This document shows, piece by piece, positions 26,639-36,837 of a stretch of DNA of 46,883 nucleotides. Numbering within the stretch: the stretch's first letter is position 1; each line of letters opens with the position of its first letter. The stretch is from a virus (lineage: Duplodnaviria; Caudoviricetes): the IMG/VR virus record IMGVR_UViG_3300043567_000569, positions 1 through 46,883 of that record. One strand, given 5' to 3'. The notes under the pieces are model-generated. The model ran no database searches, was not told the DNA's origin, and saw only the letters and a list, made by a program, of their open reading frames with translations. Made by a program: the position numbers and the translations under genes.

Positions 26639-27040
26639 TTATGCTGGATTAATAAGCACCCCTACGTTTTCAGTTCTTGTAAGTACAGGAACTGTTGTTG
26701 CCGTAATTGGAATGATATTTCGTGTGCCATCTCTTGTGAAGATAGGAATTGACTTAAGACCGCCAGTATGAAAAGTGTCTCCAAGTTTTAAACAATAATA
26801 TTGAGAACCTGCAAGAGGAGCAGAAGCAAAAGTAATTTGGTCTCTATCAATTGTAAAAGAAACAATTGGTTCTTGAAGTACTCCACCAAGAACTAAAAAT
26901 AATGTATAAGGATTTGTCGTATAGAAAGGATTACCTCCAGAAGTTAGAGCAAAAGTCTTTGTCACTCCATCAAACAAATGAGAGATACTATCAAGTTTGA
27001 TGTAAGAACCAAGTTGTGGAGATATACCTTTATAGGACAT
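26639..27040 (-). CDS. Virion structural protein (cyanophage baseplate/fibre-associated module)
   Basis: LDSISHLFDGVTKTFAL...LGGVLQEP...ITFASAP module, also seen in 31408-32694. Confidence 0.7.
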   Translation of the reverse strand: MSYKGISPQLGSYIKLDSISHLFDGVTKTFALTSGGNPFYTTNPYTLFLVLGGVLQEPIVSFTIDRDQITFASAPLAGSQYYCLKLGDTFHTGGLKSIPIFTRDGTRNIIPITATTVPVLTRTENVGVLINPA

Positions 27041-27057
27041 TATGGTTTTTTATGTAT

Positions 27058-27330
27058 TTATGAAGGTAGTTGTGCCGCTCCTTCTTCGTTTCTTTGTGCT
27101 GCTGTTTTGACTAGACCTTCTTCGTATGCCGCTAAAACCATATCAGGTTTATTAGTCACAGTGATTGCTTCATTATTATCTAACTTATGTTTTACATAAA
27201 GGTCACAGATTTCATCAATAGCGATTCTTGCTCTATTGGTTGCTGCATTATCAATCCATTCTTGTGGGTCAGCAGCGACGTATTGAAGTGCCAGGTCTTC
27301 TGCTTCTGTTAAAGTAATTGTATAGTTCAT
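27058..27330 (-). CDS. Small hypothetical protein, possible fibre assembly partner
   Basis: 90 aa acidic helical ORF following the C1q fibre gene; own late promoter. Confidence 0.7.
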   Translation of the reverse strand: MNYTITLTEAEDLALQYVAADPQEWIDNAATNRARIAIDEICDLYVKHKLDNNEAITVTNKPDMVLAAYEEGLVKTAAQRNEEGAAQLPS

Positions 27331-27349
27331 ATTGAGTCTTTTTGAGTAT

Positions 27350-28960
27350 TTATCCTAATAACATTCCAGAAAAAGATCCATAGCTGGTTCCATACACTCC
27401 ACTACCTTCTGCTTTCAATCTAATTGTGTCGTTCGCAGCAAGATTAAAAATCATTGCCATACCTGGAGATCCATAATTGGCTAAACCATCCCAAAGAGTA
27501 TCACCATAGGTTGTATCTGCAGACGTTGAATTTTTACAAAAATTGATACGAACATAAGAACTAAATGGATTACCACATAAAATAGAAAAAGTAAAAAGAT
27601 ATCTTCCTGCAATTGGAGCAGTAAAAACTCCAGTTGAGGCGTTCATGTGATTTCCAATGTTATGTTCTGTAGCACCAAATGTAATTATAGATCCGGCAGA
27701 ACCTGAAGGTGAAGAGACTCTAAATGATGGTTGATTGGGTTTAGATACTTGCCCAGATGGTCCAAAAACAATCAAATCATTAAAATCATTATTTGAGGTA
27801 TTTGGTTGCTTTATACGAGTATAATATGCTACTCCTTGATTATTATTAGGAACAAAAATTTCATTACCATATCCACTAAAATTACCGCTGGCATTTGTGT
27901 TTGGATCATAATTTAGTGATATTGATTGATAAGTATATGATGTCGAATTTGGTAAATGTTTTCCAATGATCAAATTTCTGTATGAAGTGGCATACCCCAT
28001 TCTAGAAAGTTTTGCTATATCTAGTTGATTATCATCAGCATTATATCCATTAATTACCGCACCTCCTGCAGCACGGAGAGTTATAGTTCCAGCAGCACCA
28101 ACTCTAATTCTTTCTTGCCCTGTTGACCCATTATTTGTGTATAATACAAGTTCTCCTTTATTAGCAGCAATTCTCTGTGTTCCTATTTGAACTAAATCTT
28201 CACTGCCTGTTTTATCTCTAAATCCAATAAATCCATAATCATTACTATTATAACGCATTCTGATATATTGAGCAAAAGCTCCAGTATCAGAAGAAACTAC
28301 ATCTAATGGATACTGAGGACTTATGGTGCCTATGCCCAAACTACCACTTATATAAGTATTTCCAGTGATTTGAAGTTTTTGATTTGCAGTCCCTATTGAT
28401 GTTCCGGAACCAATTAATACGGGTCCATTGTTAACTACAATACCATTACTTGCAGTTATAATACCAGTAACCGTAACACCAGCACCAGTGGTCTCTAACT
28501 TCTTACTGTTATCAAACCATAACTCTACTGCACCATCCTGATTGAAGACCGCATAAGTCTCAATACCAGTAGGGTTGGTCATCTTAATGCGATTACCACC
28601 CTCAATAAACAAATCACCATTACCATTATCACGAATGATACTATCGGTGCTGTTATGAAAAATCAGAAGGTCCTGACCATCTCCAAAATAAGCAACGTCT
28701 CCATCACCCCAGAAAGACGATGCTTGGAATGTTGAGACACCCGTTACAACTAAACCACTTGGATTAATATTACCAGTTACATTTCCAACAAAAGTGGTAG
28801 CGGTCACAACTCCAGAGAAGTTTGCTCCGCTACCAGTTACATTTAAACTTGTTGCCGTAACGACACCTGAAACATAAGCACCTTCTACATTAATATTTCG
28901 TAGAGTGATACCACTTTGAATACCAACTTCGGTAATTTGTGTTAAGCGTTCAAGTGCCAT
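27350..28960 (-). CDS. Tail fibre protein with C-terminal C1q-like domain
   Basis: Fibre motifs then QPSFRV...NIGNH...TGVFTAPIAGRYLFTF...FSGMLLG. Confidence 0.85.
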   Translation of the reverse strand: MALERLTQITEVGIQSGITLRNINVEGAYVSGVVTATSLNVTGSGANFSGVVTATTFVGNVTGNINPSGLVVTGVSTFQASSFWGDGDVAYFGDGQDLLIFHNSTDSIIRDNGNGDLFIEGGNRIKMTNPTGIETYAVFNQDGAVELWFDNSKKLETTGAGVTVTGIITASNGIVVNNGPVLIGSGTSIGTANQKLQITGNTYISGSLGIGTISPQYPLDVVSSDTGAFAQYIRMRYNSNDYGFIGFRDKTGSEDLVQIGTQRIAANKGELVLYTNNGSTGQERIRVGAAGTITLRAAGGAVINGYNADDNQLDIAKLSRMGYATSYRNLIIGKHLPNSTSYTYQSISLNYDPNTNASGNFSGYGNEIFVPNNNQGVAYYTRIKQPNTSNNDFNDLIVFGPSGQVSKPNQPSFRVSSPSGSAGSIITFGATEHNIGNHMNASTGVFTAPIAGRYLFTFSILCGNPFSSYVRINFCKNSTSADTTYGDTLWDGLANYGSPGMAMIFNLAANDTIRLKAEGSGVYGTSYGSFSGMLLG

Positions 28961-28977
28961 TATGGTTTTTTATGTAT

Positions 28978-29232
28978 TTATTCAGGCAGTGTTGATACCT
29001 CTAAAGATGCTTGATAAGCAGCAATAACTTCTGGAGTCCAGGTTGCTTCTGCGATTGCTACGACTCTTGAGTCTTCGTTTGATAGGTCATCACCAGGATT
29101 TAATACGTGACGGTGATAAGTCGCTGCAACTTCTACACCGTCTTTAAGAATTTGGTCTCTTCTGCGGACTTGTATTTGTCCAAGTAGTAGAACTTCAATC
29201 TTATCTACAACTGATTTTTCTTCGAGTGCCAT
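28978..29232 (-). CDS. Small conserved fibre-associated protein
   Basis: DKIEV...IQVR...DGVE....YHRHVL.PG...WTPEVIAAY; GGAGG SD. Confidence 0.75.
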   Translation of the reverse strand: MALEEKSVVDKIEVLLLGQIQVRRRDQILKDGVEVAATYHRHVLNPGDDLSNEDSRVVAIAEATWTPEVIAAYQASLEVSTLPE

Positions 29233-29276
29233 TAGGATAATCCTCCGGATAAAACAGGTTTAGGCAGGAGTATTTA

Positions 29277-30317
29277 TTACGCTGTTCTATACGTTCCACC
29301 ATAAAGAATCGTGAAACTAGAATCAACTGGAACCGCAGTGCTGGTTCTATTATTTCCAGAACTTCTAACTACAACATAATTATTATTTTGTTGAGTATAT
29401 AAAACCAAATGAGTATCAGACACATTTCCAAAAGAAAGATTATCTAGATAACCAACAGCAATAGATGCATATGCTCTTTCCGTATCGCTTATTGTATTGA
29501 AAGGAAGACCGCCAAGGTAAAGATCGCCTGTTCCAGTCATATTAGTTACTTGCATCCTAACTTGGAAATGGCACAAGTTTCCAATTTTTACATACATACC
29601 AAATTGAAGTCCATATGTTGTTGTTCCAGCACTAGAACTACCAAAAGCAGTAGGACTAAAAATCCCTTCTTCATAATCCGCTAACAGTTCAGAAGTCATT
29701 GTTCCTGAACTGTTAGCGGTCGCAGAGAAGTCTATACCTTTTCCTGCTGTTGAAAAGACTAGGTTTCCGTTGTTAATACTTACATTGCCAGAAGAATCTA
29801 TTTTAAATTTTTCCGTTGGTGTAGTGTTACCAGTATAAAATCTATGTGCCCCAGTGGTACTTGTTCTAGGAATATAAATCAAATCTCCATTTTCTCCGCC
29901 AAATGAAGCATTATCTCCCCAAAGGATATATGCATTTACATCATTTACTGGAACACCAACTGGGGTTAAACCTAAAATGAGTCCAGTATTTGCTTCATAA
30001 CCAGTCTTTATGTTTCCAACTACAGTTAATTTTAGTGGAGAACTTGTAGTTCCTATACCAATATTAGCACTACTATTAATTCTTAATGCCTCAACACCAC
30101 CTTCAGCAAACGCAATGGTATCAGGTGATGGAAAGAATATTCCGGTATTTGAGTCTCCACTTGGACTTATAGATGGGGCACTAGCACTACCTGCTGCAAC
30201 AACAATACCAGTAGAAAATGTAGATACACCAGAAAGAACAACACCAGTATCACTAAATGTTACGGTGCCTAATCCACTTCGGTTCGTTATTGAATTTACA
30301 CGAATTTCTGATGCCAT
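29277..30317 (-). CDS. Tail fibre-like protein (DYEEG-type C-terminal domain)
   Basis: GIGTTS, GKGIDFSA...ELLADYEEG.FSPT...YVKIGN...GLPF. Confidence 0.8.
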   Translation of the reverse strand: MASEIRVNSITNRSGLGTVTFSDTGVVLSGVSTFSTGIVVAAGSASAPSISPSGDSNTGIFFPSPDTIAFAEGGVEALRINSSANIGIGTTSSPLKLTVVGNIKTGYEANTGLILGLTPVGVPVNDVNAYILWGDNASFGGENGDLIYIPRTSTTGAHRFYTGNTTPTEKFKIDSSGNVSINNGNLVFSTAGKGIDFSATANSSGTMTSELLADYEEGIFSPTAFGSSSAGTTTYGLQFGMYVKIGNLCHFQVRMQVTNMTGTGDLYLGGLPFNTISDTERAYASIAVGYLDNLSFGNVSDTHLVLYTQQNNNYVVVRSSGNNRTSTAVPVDSSFTILYGGTYRTA

Positions 30318-30372
30318 TATGGTTTTTTAGATATTTATGTCTCCAAATTAAACTGATTTAAAGTGAAAGTGT

Positions 30373-31374
30373 TTATGTATTAGTAATGTATATTATTGAT
30401 CCTCTGAAAGAAGAATTATTTGCAAAATTAGAATTGGTAAGAACAACGGAAGCGGTAGAACCACTACCAAAGATTTCCATTGTAGTAGCAGTTGGTCCTA
30501 AATATGTAGTTATTTGTCCACTAATACTAGACATATTACCATAATATCCAAGCACTCCACTAGCTCTCATGTCGGAGTTAGTACTCATCGAAATAAAAGG
30601 TAATCCAGTAATAGTTGCTTGACCTGTCGAAGATCCTTTATTTGTTAAAGTTACGGTCATATTTATCCAAACTAAATTACCTACTTTTGTATATTGACCA
30701 GCTCTTTCTGAATAGATTATTCCTGTTGTTCCTCCACCAAATTGTACTGTTGGGGTAAAAGTTCCTTCTTCATAATCATCCAATAATTCAGAAGACATCG
30801 TGCCCGAACTATCAGAAGTCGCAGAAAAGTCTATACCTTTTCCCGATGGAAATGATAATCCAGTGGATCCAAATGTTCCGGCAGTTACCCCATTATTAGG
30901 AGACATAACAATACTTTGTGGACTTTCAAAAACTAAAACTCCACCATTGTTAGTGTAAATTATACCATCTCTTGCTTCTGATTGTGAATAAAAACCAAGA
31001 GAACTAATATTGCTATCTGTTCTTTGTATTTTTATAGCAGAGTGCCCACTAACATGATTACCAACAACCATAAGAGCACAATTACTTGATTGTGTTGTGG
31101 TATTAATTCCAACACTATTGTTTGTAGAATCTACATAAAAAGTTCCAGAGTCAATGCTAACATTTCCCCCAGCAGTAGTCGTTATAACAGTTCCACCAGT
31201 TCCTACATTTAATTGTGCAACAGTTGTAGAACCACTTGTTGAGTTTAAATTTCCACTAAAAGTCGTAGCAGTAATTCTATCAGTTCCGATTGATACATTG
31301 TTTCCAACAGTAATGGAACTCGCTACCGAGATTGTATTAATACCAGAAATACTGTTGAAATTAATGATTGCCAT
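30373..31374 (-). CDS. Tail fibre-like protein (DYEEG-type C-terminal domain), paralog of the neighbour
   Basis: GKGIDFSA...ELLDDYEEGTFTPT...YTKVGN...GLPF. Confidence 0.8.
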   Translation of the reverse strand: MAIINFNSISGINTISVASSITVGNNVSIGTDRITATTFSGNLNSTSGSTTVAQLNVGTGGTVITTTAGGNVSIDSGTFYVDSTNNSVGINTTTQSSNCALMVVGNHVSGHSAIKIQRTDSNISSLGFYSQSEARDGIIYTNNGGVLVFESPQSIVMSPNNGVTAGTFGSTGLSFPSGKGIDFSATSDSSGTMSSELLDDYEEGTFTPTVQFGGGTTGIIYSERAGQYTKVGNLVWINMTVTLTNKGSSTGQATITGLPFISMSTNSDMRASGVLGYYGNMSSISGQITTYLGPTATTMEIFGSGSTASVVLTNSNFANNSSFRGSIIYITNT

Positions 31375-31407
31375 CTATCTTATAATAAGACTTCCAGTTT
31401 TGAATAT

Positions 31408-32694
31408 TTATACGACGACCCAGACACCATCAATCGTCAAAGTCCCATTCACATTCACAGGACCTGCCATCAAACCATTAAAGTTTGTTCCAATATAATG
31501 ATTTCCATTCAAGGCATTATCATAGATAACCATTCCATTTGAAACATAAAGACCCTGAAATGAATTACCAACACCAGTGAGTCCTGATACATCAACACTT
31601 GTAGTGTTTACTCCAACAGAACTTTCGGTTGTAATACCAGCAGTATTTGCTCTCCACTTGGAAGACACAACACCAGTCAACAAAGAACCATCACCAACAA
31701 ACTTGGATGCTGTGATGATTCCTGCCATCACATTGCCAATTGAAACCGCAACACCAGTCGTATTGATGCCACCAGGTCCAACTGTGATAGAACCTACAAC
31801 AACACTATCAGCAGTTGTAAGCCCTACATTTCCAGTGCGTCCATAAAAACCAGTAACATTACTTGAAGTTGCACCAGCAAAACCAATGTGTCTTACCTGA
31901 ATTTCAACTCCACTTCCAGGTGCTGATACAAAACTAATAACATTTGCATTGACACTGTATGCTCTTGTTACAGAAGCATCTGAAGGATATTGAACGACAC
32001 CATCTAATGTAACTAAAACATTCTGATTGTTTGCTGGTATTTTGGAAAGTGTAAAGTCAGTTGTTACATTATCACCAGTAAAACTATCAACAGTGTTATC
32101 TGCAATATCAAAGGTTGGAAAATTATTTGCAACTAAATTTCCCCAGAAAACATCAGCAACTGATGGTGCTGTCGAAAATATAATGACAGAATCTGAATCA
32201 ATGCCGAATCCATTTGCTGGAGTTGTTGTATCATTTGGTTGCTGAATAACACCATTAATGGAAATTTGAAGTTGTGCTGCTCTTGTAATTTCTGCTTTGG
32301 TGCCGTTATCATACGTTGCTGTAAATCTTGTGTTGATACCATCAAAGGCAACATTAAATGTATGATTTGTTCCTGTTCCTGGTCCAGTGATTTGAATGAA
32401 TGTGCCGTTTATTGCATTGGCATAACTTAATGCAAGTTGAATACTATTCTGATCATACTTTATAATATAATAAACATTACCAGAAATTAAGTTACCAATT
32501 GCAGTTCCAGTGGTGCTATAAGTAACTCTTTGTCCTGTAATGAATCGATGATTGTTTAGCGTGATTGTATCATTGACCAGCGAAATGATACTTGAATCAC
32601 TACCATCAAACGTCAGAGTGTATGACGAAATGTCATCAAGTATCTTGAAAGAATTATTTTCTCCAATCGAAGGCAGGTTTCCAAGATATGACAT
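31408..32694 (-). CDS. Virion structural protein (baseplate/fibre-associated)
   Basis: LDDISS, NHRFITGQRVTY, two NGVIQ/DGVVQ...F..AP modules, C-terminal AGPVNVNGTLTIDGVWVVV. Confidence 0.75.
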   Translation of the reverse strand: MSYLGNLPSIGENNSFKILDDISSYTLTFDGSDSSIISLVNDTITLNNHRFITGQRVTYSTTGTAIGNLISGNVYYIIKYDQNSIQLALSYANAINGTFIQITGPGTGTNHTFNVAFDGINTRFTATYDNGTKAEITRAAQLQISINGVIQQPNDTTTPANGFGIDSDSVIIFSTAPSVADVFWGNLVANNFPTFDIADNTVDSFTGDNVTTDFTLSKIPANNQNVLVTLDGVVQYPSDASVTRAYSVNANVISFVSAPGSGVEIQVRHIGFAGATSSNVTGFYGRTGNVGLTTADSVVVGSITVGPGGINTTGVAVSIGNVMAGIITASKFVGDGSLLTGVVSSKWRANTAGITTESSVGVNTTSVDVSGLTGVGNSFQGLYVSNGMVIYDNALNGNHYIGTNFNGLMAGPVNVNGTLTIDGVWVVV

Positions 32695-32712
32695 ATCTGT
32701 TTTTTTAGTTAT

Positions 32713-35700
32713 TTATTTACTATTTGCGGTTTGGAATGGTGACTGGGCAAAAGCGGCAAAAATATAAGTTTCAGCATTATTATAACTAGCGTTTGTATTT
32801 CTTATTTTAAAACCATTACTTAAAAAGTCAATATTTAAAGTAGATGCTGTTAAATCAATATCAGAAGTATTTGGTCTTAAAATAGTATCTGATGGATTGG
32901 TCGATGTTCTTGAAGAATCGTGGATTACCCAATCAGCGGCACCAGCAGTTCTTTTAATCATTATCCAAGCAGGGAGAAAACCGGTCCAAATAAATGGACC
33001 ATCAGTGCTCGCATTACCTGTAAAGGAACCGAATTTAGAAAATCCCTCAATTTCTGCCCAACAATAAGCAATACATCTTTGAGTTGATAATGTAGCAATA
33101 GAACTTTGACGAATACCAAAAGTGGTTGAACTTGTACTCCAAAAGGTAGATGGAGCAGAACTATTAATACTGCCATTTGAGTTTAGATACACATATTGAG
33201 TTGATGGTTGAGGAAAAGAGGAATGATAAGTAATCCAATTATCTACCAAATCTCTATTTTTAGTTATAATAAATGAAGGAGTTTTTCCAAGTCCGTGCCC
33301 CATTGTTTTAACAGAGGTAGTAGCATCTGATACCCAACTTACAATACTAAACCCAGCGTCCTGATTTACAGAGACCACAGATGTTATTGAACCATTTGTG
33401 TTTGTGGTTGTGGTGCCTGCTCCTGCTCTCCAACACCAGGCGACATGAGTTGTTCCGGAATTATTAATAGATTCATTAGATCCATAAGCAACTGTAAATC
33501 CATCAGAAAGCATTGATAAACCACCACCACTTGCCCATCCAAGTGAACCTGCAGAATTGTCTCCACCTGTTGAGAAAGGTAGTAGATAAACTGGACCTCT
33601 TACAGAATCAAACAATACGTGACCATAAGCAGCACTTCTTGCCTTAACCCAAACCAAGTCAGGAGTAAATCCAACACCTACAATACTTCTACCATTATTA
33701 CCATCACCAGTATAAAGCACAGTCTTAAAATACTTACCAGGATCTGAAATTGCTGGTGTAGGTAGATTATCTTCACATAATGCTAGGAAACCAGAAGGTG
33801 GTTGATACTTGAAGAGTCCTTTGCCGTTTGAGTCTGTGAAGGTTCCTGCTGTGGTGTTTCCAGAGAATGTTGGGTTTTGACCGAAGTTCCAAGAAATTGC
33901 TCCACCAGCAGCAGTAGTAAGATCACAACATCCAAAAAATAAATCATCTGTTAAACCGTTTGAAATAAATGTTGTAATACCTGTATATGCTATTCCTTGA
34001 CTTGTTCCATTTTTATAAAAAGTTAAACCACCATTTGAAACTCCAATACCTATAATATCTCCTGTTGTATAAGAACTACCATATAAACTAGTAGTGCTAC
34101 TACCAGCAACTACTGTAAGAACTCTTTTAACACCTGTATTTTCATATGCAACTCCAACTTCACTAAAACCAACGGCACCAGAAGCGTTACTTCTTCCTAT
34201 TCCAGTAACACCAACATTTAAACCAAATCCTCCACTTATGGTTATAGAATTAATTCTTGCTTCTACATACCATTTTCCAGTGGTCCCAATACCGACATTT
34301 GATGTTGTTGTTCCGTGATTTGTTGAAGTATCATAAGTGACTGTTAGATTACCATCGGTAAAATCTCCGGGATCATTAGCATTAACTGCTTTTTGAAGAG
34401 GATTCAAAGTCGCAAAGTTATTCGCAGTCGTATCAGACACCTGTCTCCAAGTTGCAATACCTACTGGCGTATAAGGTCTCGGCACATCAAAACCACCCGT
34501 GTATTTTGCAACACTTTTGTATACTCGGAGGTCTTGTATATACATTTTTGAAGATGTATTAGTCCATCCTTGGTCACTTCCAACATAAAGAGTTGTGTTT
34601 TGTATAGAATTTGTATAAACTGTATTAATTCCAACAGAAACACCATTTAAATAAATTGTTCCTACTCCATTTTTTCTTACAAAAGCAATATGATTCCACT
34701 GTGCAGATGTTGCTATTCCTGCCGATGAGATTAAAGATTGAGAACCTATTTGACTAACAACCTGTCCAGTATTACTAATAGCAAAAACAGTCCTTCCTGC
34801 ATCACCAGTTGTTCCTTGTGCTGCAACAATAGACCAACTTCCTGAAAAAGAATATGTCCACGCTTCCATTGTAAAATCACCTGTTCCAAATTGAAAATCT
34901 GATACATTAGGTGTAGATAAGTAATTACCACTATCAAAATAACTACCACTTCCATAATAACTTGCAGTGCTTGCAATACTTACACCAGTATTAGTAATAC
35001 TTTTTGCACTTCCACTACCTTTAATCGCAGCAGAATAATCTCCTAAACCACCCTGCAAACCACCAGACACAAAAGGCAGAGCAAGCACCAAATTCGCAGC
35101 ATAAGGGTCTGCTCTTAATACATCAGTGTAACCTAAACCAACACTTGCAGTTGATGCAACACCGACTCTTGGTTGTGGTAGTTTCTCATTTAAAGTAATA
35201 ATGCTATTGGGGTCACAGTGGAAGTCAGCACCAAAGTTGGAACTATCATTCATTGGAAGATAGAAACCATTGACCCCAAAACCACCTCTACGATTGATTT
35301 CAGTCTTGATGACTCTTGGTGTTTTTGGAACCCACTGACCTGGACGGAAATCAGTTGCTTGTGTAGAACCAGCAGAGATATAACCCTTTCCTTGCTTATA
35401 GAAACCAAACACATCTGGTGTGAGTGCTTGACCGTCTATGAAGAAAACATCAAACATTTCTCCTTTAAAATCTTGAGAGAAAACTGTTGTGTGACCTATA
35501 AAATGAGGAACACCAGAACCATTTAATAATCCATCTGCATTAGTAGTTGCAGTTCTTGTAAAATCTAAAATACCATTCACATATACTGTATCTTTACCAG
35601 ATGTTGTATCCAATACACGCATAATATGAATCCAAGAAGATGCATCCCTGCGACTTTTGGTAGAAAGTGTGTTATTAGCGCCACTAGAACTATCACTTAG

Positions 35701-35880
35701 TTCAAGAAAATCTGATGTAGAATTATATCTTAAAAGTGACCTATTACTGGTCCCATCTGTTGTTGCCTCAAATAAAATATTAGTTCCACCAGTATTACTT
35801 CTTTTCACCCAAGCACTAAAAGTCCAAACCTTACGATTACCAGTGCTTGTAGGAGTTCTCTGTAAATATTCGTTCGCCAT
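32713..35880 (-). CDS. Large LamG/SPRY (concanavalin A-like) multi-domain virion protein
   Basis: WTFSAWVKR; DFTMEAW...WNHIAFVR..LNG; GKWYVE...GDIIGI...FYKNG; GVGFTPDLVWVKAR; IDFLSNGFKIR. Confidence 0.88.
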   Translation of the reverse strand: MANEYLQRTPTSTGNRKVWTFSAWVKRSNTGGTNILFEATTDGTSNRSLLRYNSTSDFLELSDSSSGANNTLSTKSRRDASSWIHIMRVLDTTSGKDTVYVNGILDFTRTATTNADGLLNGSGVPHFIGHTTVFSQDFKGEMFDVFFIDGQALTPDVFGFYKQGKGYISAGSTQATDFRPGQWVPKTPRVIKTEINRRGGFGVNGFYLPMNDSSNFGADFHCDPNSIITLNEKLPQPRVGVASTASVGLGYTDVLRADPYAANLVLALPFVSGGLQGGLGDYSAAIKGSGSAKSITNTGVSIASTASYYGSGSYFDSGNYLSTPNVSDFQFGTGDFTMEAWTYSFSGSWSIVAAQGTTGDAGRTVFAISNTGQVVSQIGSQSLISSAGIATSAQWNHIAFVRKNGVGTIYLNGVSVGINTVYTNSIQNTTLYVGSDQGWTNTSSKMYIQDLRVYKSVAKYTGGFDVPRPYTPVGIATWRQVSDTTANNFATLNPLQKAVNANDPGDFTDGNLTVTYDTSTNHGTTTSNVGIGTTGKWYVEARINSITISGGFGLNVGVTGIGRSNASGAVGFSEVGVAYENTGVKRVLTVVAGSSTTSLYGSSYTTGDIIGIGVSNGGLTFYKNGTSQGIAYTGITTFISNGLTDDLFFGCCDLTTAAGGAISWNFGQNPTFSGNTTAGTFTDSNGKGLFKYQPPSGFLALCEDNLPTPAISDPGKYFKTVLYTGDGNNGRSIVGVGFTPDLVWVKARSAAYGHVLFDSVRGPVYLLPFSTGGDNSAGSLGWASGGGLSMLSDGFTVAYGSNESINNSGTTHVAWCWRAGAGTTTTNTNGSITSVVSVNQDAGFSIVSWVSDATTSVKTMGHGLGKTPSFIITKNRDLVDNWITYHSSFPQPSTQYVYLNSNGSINSSAPSTFWSTSSTTFGIRQSSIATLSTQRCIAYCWAEIEGFSKFGSFTGNASTDGPFIWTGFLPAWIMIKRTAGAADWVIHDSSRTSTNPSDTILRPNTSDIDLTASTLNIDFLSNGFKIRNTNASYNNAETYIFAAFAQSPFQTANSK

Positions 35881-35891
35881 TATATCTTACC

Positions 35892-36503
35892 TCAACCTAA
35901 AATAACTGAACCAGATGGAAAATAATCGCTGATGATCTCTACCCAATCAGTGCCGTTATAAAACTCCAAAGCACTATTGGTTGTGTTGTATCTTATGTAG
36001 GGATTATTTCCAGTTGGTCTTTGTGCTGTGGTGCCTTGTGGTAGTTCTATTGCGTCTGTTCTTGAACCCAAGTCTAATGATACAGTTGGATTATTAGTTC
36101 CTATACCAAGATTACCACTAGTGATATGAACTCCACTTCTTGCGGTTATAATTCCAATAGAATCAACATTTGTGGTGTCCTCATAAGTGACTGTTCCAGC
36201 GACACTTACATTTCCAGTGATTACCGCACTCGCAGCGGTAATAGAACCCACAACAATATTAGGAGTCCCAGAAAGACCCGTTGCGTTTCCTGTTACATTA
36301 CCAGTTAAGTTTCCACTAAAAGTTGTGGCGGTTACAATACCACCACTAATATTAACAGATGCTCCTACTTTAAGTGTAGAAAAAGTAGAGACTCCTGTCG
36401 AGTTTATATCACCACTTACATTACCATCAATTCTTGTCGCAGTAACTACACCAACATTTAATGGTGTTTGTAGAATATCACCACTAACTCTGGTAAGTCC
36501 CAT
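35892..36503 (-). CDS. Short fibre/adaptor protein
   Basis: TYEDTTNVDSIGIITARSG, GIGTNNP, PQGTTAQRP...IRYNTT..LEFYNGTDW. Confidence 0.75.
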   Translation of the reverse strand: MGLTRVSGDILQTPLNVGVVTATRIDGNVSGDINSTGVSTFSTLKVGASVNISGGIVTATTFSGNLTGNVTGNATGLSGTPNIVVGSITAASAVITGNVSVAGTVTYEDTTNVDSIGIITARSGVHITSGNLGIGTNNPTVSLDLGSRTDAIELPQGTTAQRPTGNNPYIRYNTTNSALEFYNGTDWVEIISDYFPSGSVILG

Positions 36504-36504
36504 C

Positions 36505-36831
36505 TCAATCCACCATCTCTAAAATACTTAAACTTACGTCTAAACTATTTAAAACATCACTCTTCACAGTAACTGCATCATCAGATTCCAATATGATTTT
36601 ATTTCCTTGCATAAATTCCAAAGAAGAACCTTGAGGAATTGGAACATTCTTAATCAAACTTACATCGTCTGCTGATGTTCTTGAAATCCCTACTGTTACA
36701 TTAATACCAGACCCAGACACATTCGCAAGAGTAATACCAAGAATTGTTGTGCTAGTAGAAGCAGGGACTGTATAAATTCCTACTGTCGTTACACCTATAT
36801 TTGCTTTTGTTTTTAGTTTAAAATCATTCAT
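36505..36831 (-). CDS. Small beta-sandwich virion protein
   Basis: IYTVPA...ILGITLANV...KIILES.D...SLDVSLSILE; paralog of 43568-43909. Confidence 0.75.
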   Translation of the reverse strand: MNDFKLKTKANIGVTTVGIYTVPASTSTTILGITLANVSGSGINVTVGISRTSADDVSLIKNVPIPQGSSLEFMQGNKIILESDDAVTVKSDVLNSLDVSLSILEMVD

Positions 36832-36837
36832 TTCTTA

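Noticed and set aside
29233-29270. Possible SD-sequestering hairpin (AGGA-TTA-TCCT) in the leader of 28978-29232
   Set aside because: Only a 4-bp stem; too weak to support without comparative data
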